Shown: positions 26,381 to 40,394, numbered from the stretch's first letter. The stretch: 64,000 bases of DNA from Mobula hypostoma (GCF_963921235.1 NC_086109.1:29886001-29950000); one strand, 5' to 3'. The notes: generated by a model not told the origin, from the sequence alone. A program made the numbers and translations.

Positions 26381-29300
26381 GTGCTACCATGCCACCTGTG
26401 TATCATTTATAATTGCAGAAAATAGACAAATATACTGAAAAATAAAGTTTAATGGCAAAGTCAGGCAGTAAGCTCTAAATATTATCATTTTAAAGAACTG
26501 ACTGTACTCTGACTCAGCACTGTATTTCAGTTTTCTAATAAGTAAGTTCACTGTGAACTATAAGGGTGGTTTTATGTACAATAATCTTCCTGTATCTCAG
26601 AAAATCATAGCGTGGAATTGTTCCAGTAAATTGCATGGAGTTGATCCCAGTTGTTGTCTGGAGGACTTGCTAAGTGCAAATTTACATTTGCAATTATGAT
26701 ACTGCAGCAGAGATAACATTTTCGAAGTATTTTATTAGTTGAAAAATTGCTGAGGCCTTGAATACTGTCATACAAATGGCAGTCTTAATTTTTATTTTCC
26801 CAATAACAAATGATAACATGTGAAGTTCTGGCTTTTAATAAAGATTAGAAAAAAAATTCCAGGGTGGTACCTAAACCTGAGGCCTTTCTGGCCAGCATAA
26901 TACAAATTGGCAATAACACCCCTGCCCAACCTTGGATAGACTGTAGAGCATTAAGATATGCCAGAACAATGAAGGAGCTGGTTTTGAACAAATAAAAATT
27001 AATTCCTTCATGCAAAAACGGAACAGATAGATAGGTAATATTCAAAAATTAAATTGCAAATGATTTAACAGCAAGTGAACAGCCAACAGCTCAGATATGT
27101 TGGTCGATAGCTTGTCAAAATAAGTGCAGAAGATTCCATCCATTAAGCTTTGCTTGTAGGAGAGGAGGAACAACAGACATCACTTACCCTACCATGCCAT
27201 TCTTGCCACCCCAAGATTTTACCCCTTGGCTTCGATCTCCATATCTCCAATCAGTTTATTGTAATCTTCTCAACCCCACACCTCATCCCACTGTTCTGAT
27301 ATCAACTGGAACTTTTACCTTCTACTCACTTCCAAGAATTCTCCCTGTAAGCTCTTGCTTGCTGCTGCTTGTAGCTTGTCCTTTTTTTTTAAATGTTTAT
27401 GCTCATTAATTAGGCTATGAACTTGGCTAGTCACCAGATAAGTGTGTAACAGAACTGAAATAATGTGTTCTATTAGACTTTGTGATAAAGATTATCAGGG
27501 CCTCCACTACTACAGTCCTGACTAGCTCATAACCAAAATTAAACACATCCATTACAATTGTCCTGCAGACTGCATCATGTCTACTTTAATCTCATATTTG
27601 CTGTAATTCTCTGTAATGGCTCTTTCCTCCCCTCTATCAGCGAATATGGCCATTGTCATTTTGATACAATGTCATTTTGTTTGATATTTTTCGACTACTC
27701 TAATACAAAAGTGTTTTGATGAGAGAAGTTGTGATAATAATCAGCATATTGAAGAGCTGATGAATGGGTTAAACACCAGAAATTATTTAGCATGAACATT
27801 TCCAATGGCACAGTGAAATTATGACTTAGACGAGTTCTAATTGTCACTTCTCTGTGGATTTGTAATTCATTAGACTACATGGGTTCAGTGAAGGAATCAG
27901 ATAGTTAAATTCCAATACTCACACATCAGTTTATGGTCTGATAACTCTATTCATTTCCTTGTATTTGTGTGCTGTCCATCCTGCATGTGTCTCTGTATGA
28001 ATAATGCCTCCTACATTTCTTTCAACAGGGACCTGTTTTAAAACTTTGTCTAAAAATCCTTTGGCTCCTAATGGTATCGACATGAATCTCAATCTATTCT
28101 CACATGTGAAGTCCGTTGACATATATTTATGGTACAGCCAAATGACTGCTTTAATGTTGGTTATTTGAAGTTGAAATATTTTTTCCTAATGCCTGGCTGT
28201 AACAGACTGCCACAAAATGAAGGTATGAAAGTAGCTGCCAGAATTACAGGTATACTTATGTCAAGAAATTGGAATTCCTGATTTAAGATGAAGTTGACCT
28301 TTGGCACCTTCAAACTTTGTAAACCCTCACTCTCATTCTGCCTGCTTTCATCAGGGAAGTGAAACTGAAACAAACTGACCATTCTGAAAAGATGTTCACA
28401 GCCATAGTCACCTTCACAGTCTCAGACATAATATTCTTAACGAACTGATCGAAATGTCTCCCTTACATTTGGAAAATCTCAGGAACAACTTGCAAAATGA
28501 AGCACGTTCATCTTAATTGTTCAGGAAGGTTAATTGCTTTAAGAGTCGAGATTCAAAGGTTCAAGGCACATTTATTATCAAAGAATATATAAATTATATA
28601 CCTTGAAATTTTTCTGCTTACAGGCAGCCACAAAGCAAGAAACTCGAAAAAAAACAAAAACCACTGCACAGAGAAAAAACACACACACACATCATGCAAA
28701 CAATAGAAGCAAGCCAACAGCATCCCAAACCAGACTGAGCCCTAGTTCTGCTCCCGGAGTAGCTAGTGTAGGCCCAAGCCTTGGTCCCCAGTCAATCACA
28801 CCCCAGGAGAACAGAAATGCATGGCAGACTGGATCAGTTCACAACTTTGGTGCCACAGAGAAAGGAATAAACATTCACAGTAGAATGAGCAAAATCACCT
28901 TGACTCTTGCCTCCGTATCTGACACTCGGACTTCCAGTCTATCTGGGCTGATGTTTAAATTATCCAAGCATCGGGTAGTGCCATGCTCCAGACCTGGATC
29001 CAGGCGTGGCAACACACCCAGGCTGTCCAGCATGAAGTAGTTCTTGATTTCACCAAATCTGCTTGGCTCTTAGAGCAATCCGATCTCATACCTGGGTTAG
29101 GTGGATGGGGATCGAACCTCTTCTGCATCAACTCCTCTCCAAACCACTCACACCATCTCCAGCAGTGATACAAACTCCACCTGCAACCCCAGCGTAAACA
29201 CGTCATGCCTCTCAAAGCCGCAGCACGGCTCATACCCTGAAGCAGCCTCTCCTCAGCCTGCCTCCTCACTGTCTGCAGTGAGAGTTCACCACAAATTGTT

Positions 29301-30631
29301 TCAAAAAATGTTATAAGTAATATTTTTAGTCAAACATCTTGCCTTATGATTTATCGGTAAGCTGTCGCACATCTTTGGTAGCACCACATTAAACTGGAAT
29401 TCTTCTGGTTTAAAAGCATTCTTCTTCAGTTGTGGTTCCTTCTGAGAATCCTCAACCCTTATTCAAGAAACTCATCCTATTTTGGATGGTTTCATTTCTC
29501 TCCTGGTGATACTGAATCCCAGGGAATCCCACCAATTTCTCCAGGTTTGGGAGCATCTGGCTTAGGCAGAATGTACTCCAAACTACCACTCACGCCTTTG
29601 AAACTGAAAAAACTTTAGGAAGCACCAAATAGTTGCAGAATTGTGGGAAAAGCTGGAAGAAATATGGATTAGTAATAGAATAATTTGCAATGTCTCTGCA
29701 TACCATGGTCAATGAAAATTAAACTCCTGCCACCCACTCAGGGACTGAAACCATTTTTAGAATGGAGAGTATTTCAAAATGAGTGTAATTCATTTGGTAG
29801 TGACTGCGGCTGCTGGTATCTGGAGCACAAAATGTGATGCAGGAGGAACTCAGTCGGTCAGGCATCACCTCATCACGTGTGGATGAGATAATATTTCGGG
29901 TTGACAATCTTCACCTAGACTGCAAATTCTTTTTTGCTGCTTTTAGTTGTGACCGACATAATCATCTAAGAAGCCATTTTATTGAAATTAAAAGATTAAA
30001 GTTAAAGCATTTTAAAATACTGAAGTATCAGTATGCTGTGCCTCACACTGGGCAGAAGAATCATACAAGAGCAGCTAGCCAAAAACTAGAAAAAAAGCTG
30101 ATTTCCTTTGCTATAGTGACCAACTTCTATTGCATGCCACCTTGTCATTATCCATAGTGAAAGGATTAACAAATCTGTCCACTCACAGAAGGTCAAAGGT
30201 CATGCACATAAACTGTCCTTTCATTAAATGCTTCCTCAAACTCTCTCTGTGAATATAAAAGTGCTTGTTTCAGCATTTCCCTAGAAAAATGCTGCTTAAA
30301 TCTGCCTAGGGCAGCAAAATCTGGCTGAATGATCATCCAATGAAAGCAAAATGGTTTCAGGAATGTACTTTCTGTTCTATCTCTGCTTCCTTTAAGATTA
30401 TTACAGGCTTTTACTCACCAATTATTTATCTTCGATAATAAACATTATATTAAATTCTTCTTAGTAGTGCATTGTGTAACATCTAATTTCATATGCAAAA
30501 TAAAGTATTTGAAGTTGAAAATTTTTCAATGACTTATCTAAATCATTTCTGTATGAAAACCATTCACCAGCCCTTCAATATGCTGATTGTTTGCAGAGAT
30601 TTTCTGATCAAAACACATCTGCATGAACATA

Positions 30632-30756
30632 AACAACAGGAATTCTGCAGATGCTGGAAATTCAAGCAACACATATCAAAGTTGCTGGTGAACGCAGCAG
30701 GCCAGGCAGCATCTCTAGCAAGAGGTACAGTCGACGTTTCAGGCTGAGACCCTTCG
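30632..30756 (-). mobile_element. 125-bp Penelope 3'-end insertion with TSD
   Basis: Near-identical to ~54850-54971; perfect 14-bp TSD TCTGCATGAACATA (30618-31 / 30757-70). Confidence 0.9.
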
Positions 30757-32874
30757 TCTGCATGAACATATTCAGCTTTTTCAGGACAATAACATTTAGA
30801 TCTCCATGACTCTCACTAGTAAATTAAACTTTGTGATACCATTCCTTGTAAGTTCTGAATTACCAGTTTTCTTTAAATTGTCCTGTATTTAGAATTTCCA
30901 AACCTGTATTTCTTCCATACTTCTCATATACTGTAGAAGGAAGCGATTTAGACAATAACACATGCACAATGCCGGAGGGACTCAGCAGATCAGGCAGCAT
31001 CTATGGAAAGAAATAAACAGTTGGCATTTCAGGTTGAGACCATTGTGTCTATGTTCATGGTGTGAATTCTGCTGAAGTTAATTGTTTGAAGAATGGATAC
31101 TTATTTGAATAATACAACCGGGAGGACGCTCTTGAAGTGTGCACAGAACATGATCTGCGTTAGGAGCTCTACGGAGCTGTAATAACAGTTAACTTTTGAT
31201 TGGATTATTCAAACAAAAGCACTTTTCCTTCATCAGTCAAAAATATACTGCTCTGTTAAGAGCCACTTTGTTTACAATTAGCATATGTAGTTGTGAAAGT
31301 AGACTATTTGGCTATGTATTGAAAAATAAAACATATCTCTTTAAAACATGCCCCTAGAAGTGGTTTGAGTTGTAAATCTGCCCCTTCTTGAATAACAACA
31401 GCCCACCAGAAAAGACATTTACAGAAGGAAATCCTAGTTTTGGCAAAACTCCTGTGAACCACGTTTTTGGATTATTGCATGCTGAAGTTACTATGGAAAT
31501 ACAAAATATTCTGAACAATTGAATAATCGTCCTGATTGAAGTGTAAATTATTTAACTACAGGGGAGCTAAAGGAGGAGATGGGTGTGGACTCACCCAGGG
31601 AATAGCAGTTTTGCATAATCCTGTTTGTATGGTAAATCAGGGAAGAATGCGATTTCACACACCCACTTCAACTATGCTAAAAATAACAATAATCCTGAGA
31701 GCTAGCTCAGGTAAAATGATTGCTTCTGGAACAGTCAAAACATTAACAACCAGTGTAAATGTTGTTGTCATGTAAAAAAAACGACAGCAGTGTGATAAAT
31801 GGGCCGATAATCCATTTGATGTTGATAATTTAGTAACCCAGAGAAACTGAATAATATTATGCACCATGAAGGTTCATCCAGCACTGAAAAAAATATATAG
31901 CAAATCCAAGATATTTGAAAAAATTACTGCACTGAAGTGTTGGAGTCTAGAACACTGGTACACACTGAAGTGTCTGGGAACTTCATTTAATCCTTGGGTC
32001 AGCACACTGCAGAACATTGCCTTGGGTATCCACTATAGTCTGGATTCAACATGCAGGACAGCTCCAAGTACAAATAGTTGATTGACAGGTATTTGAACTC
32101 ATGATAATTGCCATTCACAACCATACAATTTTATTTACTGTAAAGCACCAAAAATTAATAAAATGCTGTTTTGAATTAACTGAACTAAGTAGTAAATCTT
32201 CAGTATTGTCCCAGGATAGTTCAGTATCCTGCATGCTACAAATTTAATGGAGACAGGTACTTAACCTTCTGACCCCATTAAATCTGCACCATACAGGATA
32301 GGTATGATGTGCAAATATTCCTCCACACAGTATAATGGAAGTCACTGATGCTCCCTCCTCAAGGAAAAGGGACTTTGTCTACTTTTCTAAAAGCAAGGAC
32401 AATCAGTCTGAAAGGGTGTACAGACTTGAAAAGATTGCATGCATTCAAATGTTTCAGGGGCTAATTGATGACAATCACGCAACACTTCAGGTTCTCATTC
32501 AAAGTAGTTCTTCATGAATCATAAGGACTAATGTTCCCTGAATGTACATGTAATGGGTGATTATCAGAAGAAACTTTTCTCTGTCTATGAGGGCTTTGCA
32601 TAAATCTTTTTCTTAAACAGATTGTTCAGCTCACTGTATTTTAACGGCTTTCTGGGACAAAAACACAAAAAGAAGTGTTACTACAGGTTAAAAAAACATA
32701 TGTATAGTTGCCAGAAAACTTTAGTAATCAGAGATTAGCAATAGTTTCTAATTCAACAAAAAGACCAAGTGATTGAGACAGCAATAAAGGAGATTGATCA
32801 GAGTAGATTATACACATATTGTAAAAGCAAGGATTATAAAATATATACAAATTTCTAGAAAGTAACCAACTTGT

Positions 32875-34280
32875 GAAAACAGAAGTGGGTTCCTTACCGT
32901 CAGAATGGGAGAATTTATAACGTGGATCAAATGCTTTTGATCTGTCATAATGAAAGTTCTGTCAAAATGCTTTCATTCTGTCAAAACTAACTTCCCAGAA
33001 AAATTGGAAGAACAAGAGTTTAATGAAAGACAAGAATTCACCAAAACTAGTATTAATTAAAAGCTGATGCTGGAGAAATTGATAGAAATGAAAATCAGTA
33101 AAGCCTTAAAGCCTGACAACCCGGAATACAAAAAGAGACAGAAGGGAAATGATTGATTTATTAAGTGTTATCTTTCAAATGTCAGAAGAATATGGGCCTG
33201 ATCCTGCAAATTGGAGGATAAATTGTAATTCCTCTGTTCAAAATCAGAGGGAGGGCAAGGAACAACAGACCAATTAGCCTAACATCAGGGCAGGAAAAAT
33301 GTTGGGCTATTATGAAGGATGTGATTATATGATACAGAAGTAGTAGAAAATGTTAAAAAGAATAGACAAAATCAAGACCATATGACCACAAGATATAGGA
33401 GTAGAATTAAGCCATTTATCCCATCAAGTCCACTCAACATTCAATCATGGCTAATTTATTTTCTCTCTTAATCCCATTCTCCTCCCTTCTCCCATAACCT
33501 TTTATGCCTTACAAATGAAGAACTATCAACCTCCACCTCCACAGCTGTCTGTGACAGTGAATTCCAAAGATTCACCACCCTCTGGCTATAAAATTCCTCC
33601 TTATCTCTGTTCAAAAGGTACACCTTCTGTACTGAGGTGGTGCTCTTTGGTTCCAGATTCTCCCAAATATTTGAAACATTCTCTCCATGTCTACTCTATT
33701 TTTGCCTTTAAATATACGGTTGGTTTCAGTAATATATCTCCCCCCTCCCCGATTCTCTAAACTCCAGCAAATGCGGTCCTATTTCTTGTGAATCTCCTCT
33801 GGATCCTCTCCAACGCCACCACATTCTTTCTTGAATATGGAACCCAAAACTGCTCAGAATACTCCAACACACACACAAAGTGAGGGAGGAACTCAGCAAG
33901 TCAGGTAGTATCTATGGAGTGGAATAAACAGTCAACAGTTCCTCCATCATTTTGTGTGTGTGTGTGTGTGTGTTGCTCAAGGTTTCGAACATCTGCAGAA
34001 TATCTTGGGTGCTCAGTGCTCCAAATGTGGTCTGCTTCAGCATTATGTCCTTGCTCTAGTACTCTTAAAACAAATGCTAACATTGTAACATGGATTTATA
34101 AAAGGGAAATTCTTTTTGACAAACATACTGGAGTTTTTTGAGGATGGAACCGATGGAATAGGTAGGCAGGAGCATATCGGGTTTCAAGGTAATTTAAACA
34201 AGGACTGGGCAAATCCATTGCAGATGTAGTACCATGCAATGTTATTGACTTTGGTAAGACAAAAACAGGGGCAGGACCTT
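32875..34280 (+). mobile_element. Old CR1 fragment split by an antisense CR1 (~33375-34085)
   Basis: RPISLTS...RQNQ at ~33375 resumes as HGFIKGK.FLTNILEFFED at ~34088; the insert is a minus-strand CR1 3' end. Confidence 0.72.
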
Positions 34281-35094
34281 ATTCAATCTTTTCATTCCTT
34301 TCTGACATTTGAATAATTGAAATAAAATTATTGATTTAGTCAACAGCAAAACATGAATTAATGGGAAAATGTACCATACATACACTTATAGCAAAAAAAA
34401 ATCATACAAGACTTTCTTGAAACTTAGTTGTAAGGGGCTCCTTTAATTCAGTTCCTGCCCTGTGATTGCTGACGGTTCGCTGGAAGGCAGCATATTTTCA
34501 GCTGGAATTATTGTACTTGTAGAAGATGGACAGATAATATTGGAAGGCATCTGAATGCAGAATTCTAGTGTAAGGGCCGACAGTCTGAGCTGGTGATTGC
34601 AGGGCACAGGCATTGCCTGAGAATCAGTGCTGGGAATAGATGCTGGTATCCTGAAAGGAAATAATTTTCATACTTCACAGTCCTAGTGGAGTAGTCCTGG
34701 GCCAGGTAGGGAATGGCCTGCTTACCTAATCTTGCTCTGGTCTGAGGATTGCCATCAAAGCCTCCAAATCCACCTCTGGCAAATTCTCAGTCTGCTTTTA
34801 ATATTGTGCTCCCAGCTGTGATCTTCTACTTTGATGAAATTGAAATCTTCTCACAAATGGCTACAATTTCACTGGATGGCATCTCTGCTCTCGCAGAACA
34901 GTAACCTGCTTCCAGAAGACAACAGATGAAGTTCACTTCTGAGTGGCACAAGTTGCTACTGATCCTCAAATATTCTTGCTAGCCTCTCTGCCTGCGGAAA
35001 CAACCCTCTACTCCACCAGTCATGGCAAAAAGGTATGTCAAGAAGAGTGTACCACTTGAAGAATGGAAATGATATGCTCCTAAACTTGCATTCA

Positions 35095-35645
35095 CTCAAG
35101 AGATTCCACAGATGCTGGAAATCCAGAGTAACACACACAAAATGCTGGAGGAAGTCAGCAGGCTGGGCAGCATCTATGGAGGGGAATACACGGTTGCTGC
35201 TTCAGGCTGAGACCCTTCATCAGGACTGGAAAGGGAGGGGAAAGAAGGCAGAATTAAGAAGGTGGAGGGAGGGGAAGGAGGACAAGCTGGAAGGCTTAGG
35301 CAAAGTCAGTTGACGGTTAAAGTAAGTGGGTGGGGAGGGAGGAGATGAAGTGGGAAGCTGCGAAGTGATAGGTGGTATAGGAAACGGGCTGAAGAAGAAG
35401 GAATCTGATAGGGGAGGAGAGTGGACCACGACAGAAAGGGAAGGAGGAGGGGCACCAGGGCACCAAAGGGAGGTGATAGGCAGGTGAGGAGAAGAGAAGG
35501 TGTAAGAGAGGAGCCAAAAGGAGAATGTAAGAAGGAAGGGGGGGGGGTGGTGAGGAGAGACGAACATAAGTTCAAGGAAACAATCTTCATTCTGTCAAAT
35601 TGGAGCCTACCCAGACAGAATATAAGATGTTGCTCCTCTGCCATT
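35095..35645 (-). mobile_element. Penelope-like element 3' end
   Basis: EEQHLIFCLGRLQFDRMKI resembles the C-terminus of the PLE GIY-YIG region; same 3' UTR as the 54848 element. Confidence 0.8.
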
Positions 35646-36667
35646 TTGTGTATATTAACCTTGCATGAATTCTGGCATGAGATTGAAATCAGATATTTCC
35701 ACACCCTTTGACATCTAATTTATTCTGTCAACTGAGCCAGAAAGTGTGTTTTACATCATTTTCACATAAATGCTGCCCTTTTGTAAACTTCATTTGTGCC
35801 TTTTGGGGCACTGCTACTGTGCAACCTTTCCCTGACACATTAGCTTCCTTAGTTTCTTCTAGACTAGGTGTCTTTCTAGGGGGTAACATCCTCCATTAAC
35901 CTCACCTACTAAGCACACACACAGTCAATATTCATGCTAGTGCTTAATAGCAGGCACCCTTAATTCCTCCTTCTTCACTGTTTCTACTATTTATCTCTTC
36001 AGTTGATCTGAGTTCCTGTATGCTGGGTGGGTGCGGCATGTTTGGCACACACTAGTCAGCAACTCTTTCCTGATAACTTCCAATAATAACATGACAAAAA
36101 ACAACTTTGTAATGTAAATACACAGCACCCTTTGTGGGTGCAGCTAGCACACATAGAGATTCTTGTGAATGGCCAAAGATCACAGGATGATTTCCTACAA
36201 GGGAATTTGGCACTGTTTCAGGACTGCCGGTGGGGGAGACCACTGTGTGTGGAAGACCACCAACCATCTGGCTGATAAATCATTGCTTGTAGAAGTTACT
36301 TACTCTTGATCGCGAGACAAAGCACGCATTTCATGCCACTCTAACCAGGAAGACAAAGATGAAAACTAATTTTAAAATACTGTAATTATATGCAATTACC
36401 TTCACAAGTCATTCCAAATTTTAGAATTGTTTCCCACTGTGACTTCCACTTGCAGGATAAGTTGTTTTATAGAGTGTTCTATGGCCATCACCCACCAGCT
36501 CCCTTGGTTGTCCTCGATGGTCTCCTGCCACTCTTGGTACATAGGTTGGTGAGAATGAAGCAGAATGAGCAATCACCCTCCCCTTCAGAACCATTTTTTT
36601 TTGCCTTTTAGAATAATTAGTAACAACACACAGCATTTGTAAAAGAATTGTTGGTTAGTAGATACTA

Positions 36668-37146
36668 GTTTTTGAGAATGGCCTGACTGGCTGCATCACT
36701 GCTTGGTGTGGGAACTGTACTTCCCTCAATTGCAGGACTCTGCAGAGAGTGGTACAGACAGCCCAGTGCATCTGTAGATGTGAACTTCCCACTATTCAGG
36801 ATATATATGAAGACAGGTGAGTAAAAAGGGCCCAAAGGATCATTGGGGATCCGAGTCACCCCAACCACAAACTGTTCCAGCTGCTACCATCTAGGAAAAG
36901 GCACCACAGGATAAAAGCCAGGACCAACAGGCTCCAGGACAGCTTCTTCCACCAGGCCATCAGACTGATTAATTCATGCTGATACAATTGTATTTCTATG
37001 TTAAATAACTGTCCTGTTGCACATCATATTTATTTATTATAAGTTACTATAAATTGCACATTGCACATTTAGACAGAGACGTAATGTAAAGATTTTTACT
37101 CCTCATGTATATGAAGGACGTAAGAAATAAAGTCAATTCAATTCAA
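36668..37146 (+). mobile_element. Rex1-like LINE 3' end
   Basis: LTGCITAWCGNCTSLNCRTLQRVVQTAQCI...SFFHQAIRLIN; AATAAA and (CAATT)n tail. Confidence 0.85.
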
Positions 37147-37580
37147 AGGAGATACTTCCAGCTAATGAAGTAGTTTAAACACAGTTAATTTTATTTTTAA
37201 TGAAATGTGTTTAGATTTAGACAAATAGTTATTAACACACATTTAGCACTCACAGACGATATCTGATTAATAAAAGATTTCTGAAATACAGATTTGCAAA
37301 CTACAAAGGATATTGAAACACAGGTCCAATTCTTACGAACTAGTAGAACATACCAGTGAATGGCAGACGAACATATCATCCCTCTCAGAAGCTGAAGATT
37401 GAGGAATGAATTCTAGTTCTTCTTTTTGTAACTCCTTCTTTCTTGATATTCTCTTTGTCATTCTTAACAATCCCCAATGCTTCTGATAATTATGCTATTT
37501 TCTAGAAGATGACATCATCTGTGTGTCATGTTTTCAAGATACTTTTGCTGGGACAAAGTAACTCATGCGGACACACAGAT

Positions 37581-39223
37581 TGTCACGGTCCCGATCAGTT
37601 ATTCCCTGGTTCCCTTTAAATTTCCTTTGTGTCCGATCGGGACCATTGACTCCTTGTTTTCCTTTAATTCATTGTTTCCCCATGTTTCTTGGGCTCTGCA
37701 ATTAAAGGCACTTGATTCTCAGCTGAATGGTCAGTATTTAATGTCCAGCTTTCAGCTACTCGGCGCTAGACCGTCACCTGACGTCACCTCACGTCACCAA
37801 AGCAAGTGCGAGCAAGTCACCTTGCCTGAGCGAGCCAAGTCACATTGCCGGTGCAAGTCAAGTTTTCTCCCCGAAGCGAGTGCCAGTAAGTCGCCTCTCC
37901 TCGCTGGACCCAGACTGTCAAGTTACCGCGCCTGAGTGAGCCTGCTATGCTACCTCGCTGTTGCGGGTCCATCAAGTTAATCCACCAGAGTGAGTTTAGA
38001 GCCACTGTCTGTTGTTCCAGGGCCGAGTCAAGAGCTCACCACTACTTGGAGCCACTTCATGCCAAGATAAAAGAACTGTCTATCGTTGTGTGGTTTTGTC
38101 TCTTCATGTCCTTGCCTCCGCTGTGTAGGTCCGGCTATTTGCCGTTACCTTGAGTTGGGAACTTTCTCTTTGTGTCCTCGCCTCCGCTGGGTAGGTCCAG
38201 CCGTTTGCCTCTATAATGAGTTGGGAACTGTCTCTTCATGTCCTCATCTCCGCTGGGTAGGTCCAGCCGTGTGCCGCTACGCTGAGTAGGGAACTGTCTC
38301 TTCATGTTCTGTGTTCTGTGTCCTGTATCTAAGGAAGAGTCCCAGCTCTGTGTCCTGTGTCCAAGGAAGAGTCCCGGCTCTGTGTCCTGTGTCCAAGGAA
38401 GAGTCCCGGCTCTGTGTCCTGTGTCCAAGGAGAGTCCCGGCTCTGTGTCCTGTGTCCAAGAAGAGTTCCGGCTCTGTGTCCTGTGTCCAGTAAGAGTTCC
38501 GGCTCTGTGTCCTGTGTCCATGAAGAGTTCCGGCTCTGTGTCCTGTGTCCAGTAAGAGTTCCGGCTCTGTGTCCTGTGTCCAAGAAATGTTCCGGCTCTG
38601 TGTCCTGTGTCCAGTAAGAGTTCCGGCTCTGTGTCCTGTGTCCAGTAAGAGTCCCGGCTCTGTGTCCTGTGTCCAAGAAGAGTCCCGGCTCTGTGTCCTG
38701 TGTTCAAGGAGAGTCCCGGCTCTGTGTCCTGGGTCTAAGGAGAGTCCCGGCTCTGTGTCCTGTGTCCAAGGAGAGTCCCAGCTCTGTGTCCTGTGTCCAA
38801 GGAAGAGTCCCAGCTCTGTGTTTTGTTGTTCCAAGTTCCAAGTCCAGGCTCCAACGTTCCGAGTTCCAAGTCCAGGCTCTGATGTTCCGAGCTCCAAGTC
38901 CAAGTCCGGGTCCCAAGTCCCAAGTCCCAGTTCAAGTCCAAGTCCAGGTCCGAGTCCCAAATCCCAGTCCCAGTCCAAGTCCAAGTCCGGGTTCGAGTCC
39001 AAGGCCAAGCCCAGGCCTTGAGTCCCAGTCTAAGTCCAGTGTCCGAGCCCTATTCCAACCATGCATATTCCTGCTTCCGTTTCATTCACTCCTCGATGTC
39101 TCTCTGTATAATCCTTGCTTTCCTGCTTCCCTAGTAACTTTTAATAAACTCTATTTTTTGTTAACGCTACAAAACGTATATGTGTCCGGCATTTGGGTCC
39201 ACCGGTCCTCAGCACTTGTGACA
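37581..39223 (+). mobile_element. Solo LTR (1643 bp) with internal tandem arrays
   Basis: Termini TGTCAC...GTGACA, 5-bp TSD CAGAT (37576-80 / 39224-28), AATAAA at ~39143, no coding domains. Confidence 0.85.
38310..38820. repeat. 31-32-bp minisatellite, ~16 units, inside the solo LTR
   Basis: Unit (C/T)CCGGCTCTGTGTCCTGTGTCCAAGGAGAGT repeated head-to-tail with no spacers. Confidence 0.97.
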
Positions 39224-40394
39224 CAGATAGTCTTAAAAGTTTCTGTCATCATCCGTCATCCAAGTCTTTGGCATATAATATAAAAAAAAATTACCAATAA
39301 CTCTGACGCTTTAAGAAGACTATGTAATTATACGAGAAAGCTGACATTAGCATGAAGTGTTTTGGGGCCTGGGAGATGAATATCCATCACATGAGGTATT
39401 TCACTTCTAAGAAGCGGCTCCTGAACTAGGTTTCTGGCAGATCCCCCAGCATATGTGAGAGAGCACACACAAAAATGACAAATTCTTTGTCACTTTCCTA
39501 TAATATCTGGGCTGATGTTTTGGAGCAACCATGCACAAGATTTTTTATTTTGCTAATAAAATATCAGCACCCAGAGAAATTTCTGCTTATCCTGAAGGGC
39601 ACTGGCAGCCCTAGGCTACATTTCTGCATTAAACAAAAACCCTTGACACCTCTTATGCTGTAATAGCAGTCAGTAGGGAGAAACTTCAAGAAATCACCAG
39701 CGCTTATACTTAATCATTATGTAAATTTTCTTAAATCTAAGCAGATGCTACCCATCCTTAAAAGACTTTCCAAGCTGTGTCCAGGTATCTGTTTAAAGCC
39801 TCCTCTAGGTAAAGACAGAAGGGAATTGGATCAGATTGACAGCCATGTTTCTTGTCATTTAATATATCTAGTTGAGGTACTAAGCTAATTTGTTTTAGAC
39901 TACATAATAAGTGTATAAGTCTGACCATGAGAATAGGGAAGATAACTAAAATAAGATTATTATGTGAAGCGCACCTTCAATAACTCCAAAAGACTGAAGT
40001 TGGGTAAAATACTGAAAGGCTTTTATTAGCTGTACAATACGACCTCCATGCTGAGTGTCTGCCCCTGGACTGAGGGGGAGGGGCAAGGCGAAACACTGTT
40101 ATACAGGAATCTGTGGGAGGAGCCACAGGGGTAGTCAGCAGAGGGGTGTGTCCAGACAATTAACCCAGTTACAACATATATATGGTTTACCACATTCACC
40201 CCTCCTTTTTTTTAAAAAACGAGTCCCGTGGAGTGAAGTGACTGACAATATTTAAAACAAGTATATTTACAGGTCAAGTCTATCAGGCGGTCAAGTCTGT
40301 CGCTGTGATCTACGTAGCACCGGTGGTGATTGCATTGGCGACGGCGGTTGTGCTGGCTCCGGCCTGATTTGAGGTGCCAGCATGTTAGGCGTTG

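Noticed and set aside
38310..38820. CRISPR-like array of ~31-bp repeats
   Set aside because: Units are contiguous with no unique spacers, there are no cas genes, and the context is eukaryotic; it is a minisatellite inside an LTR.
38135..39283. Long overlapping ORFs (up to 243 aa) on both strands
   Set aside because: Periodic peptides produced by stop-free tandem repeats; no evidence of a gene.
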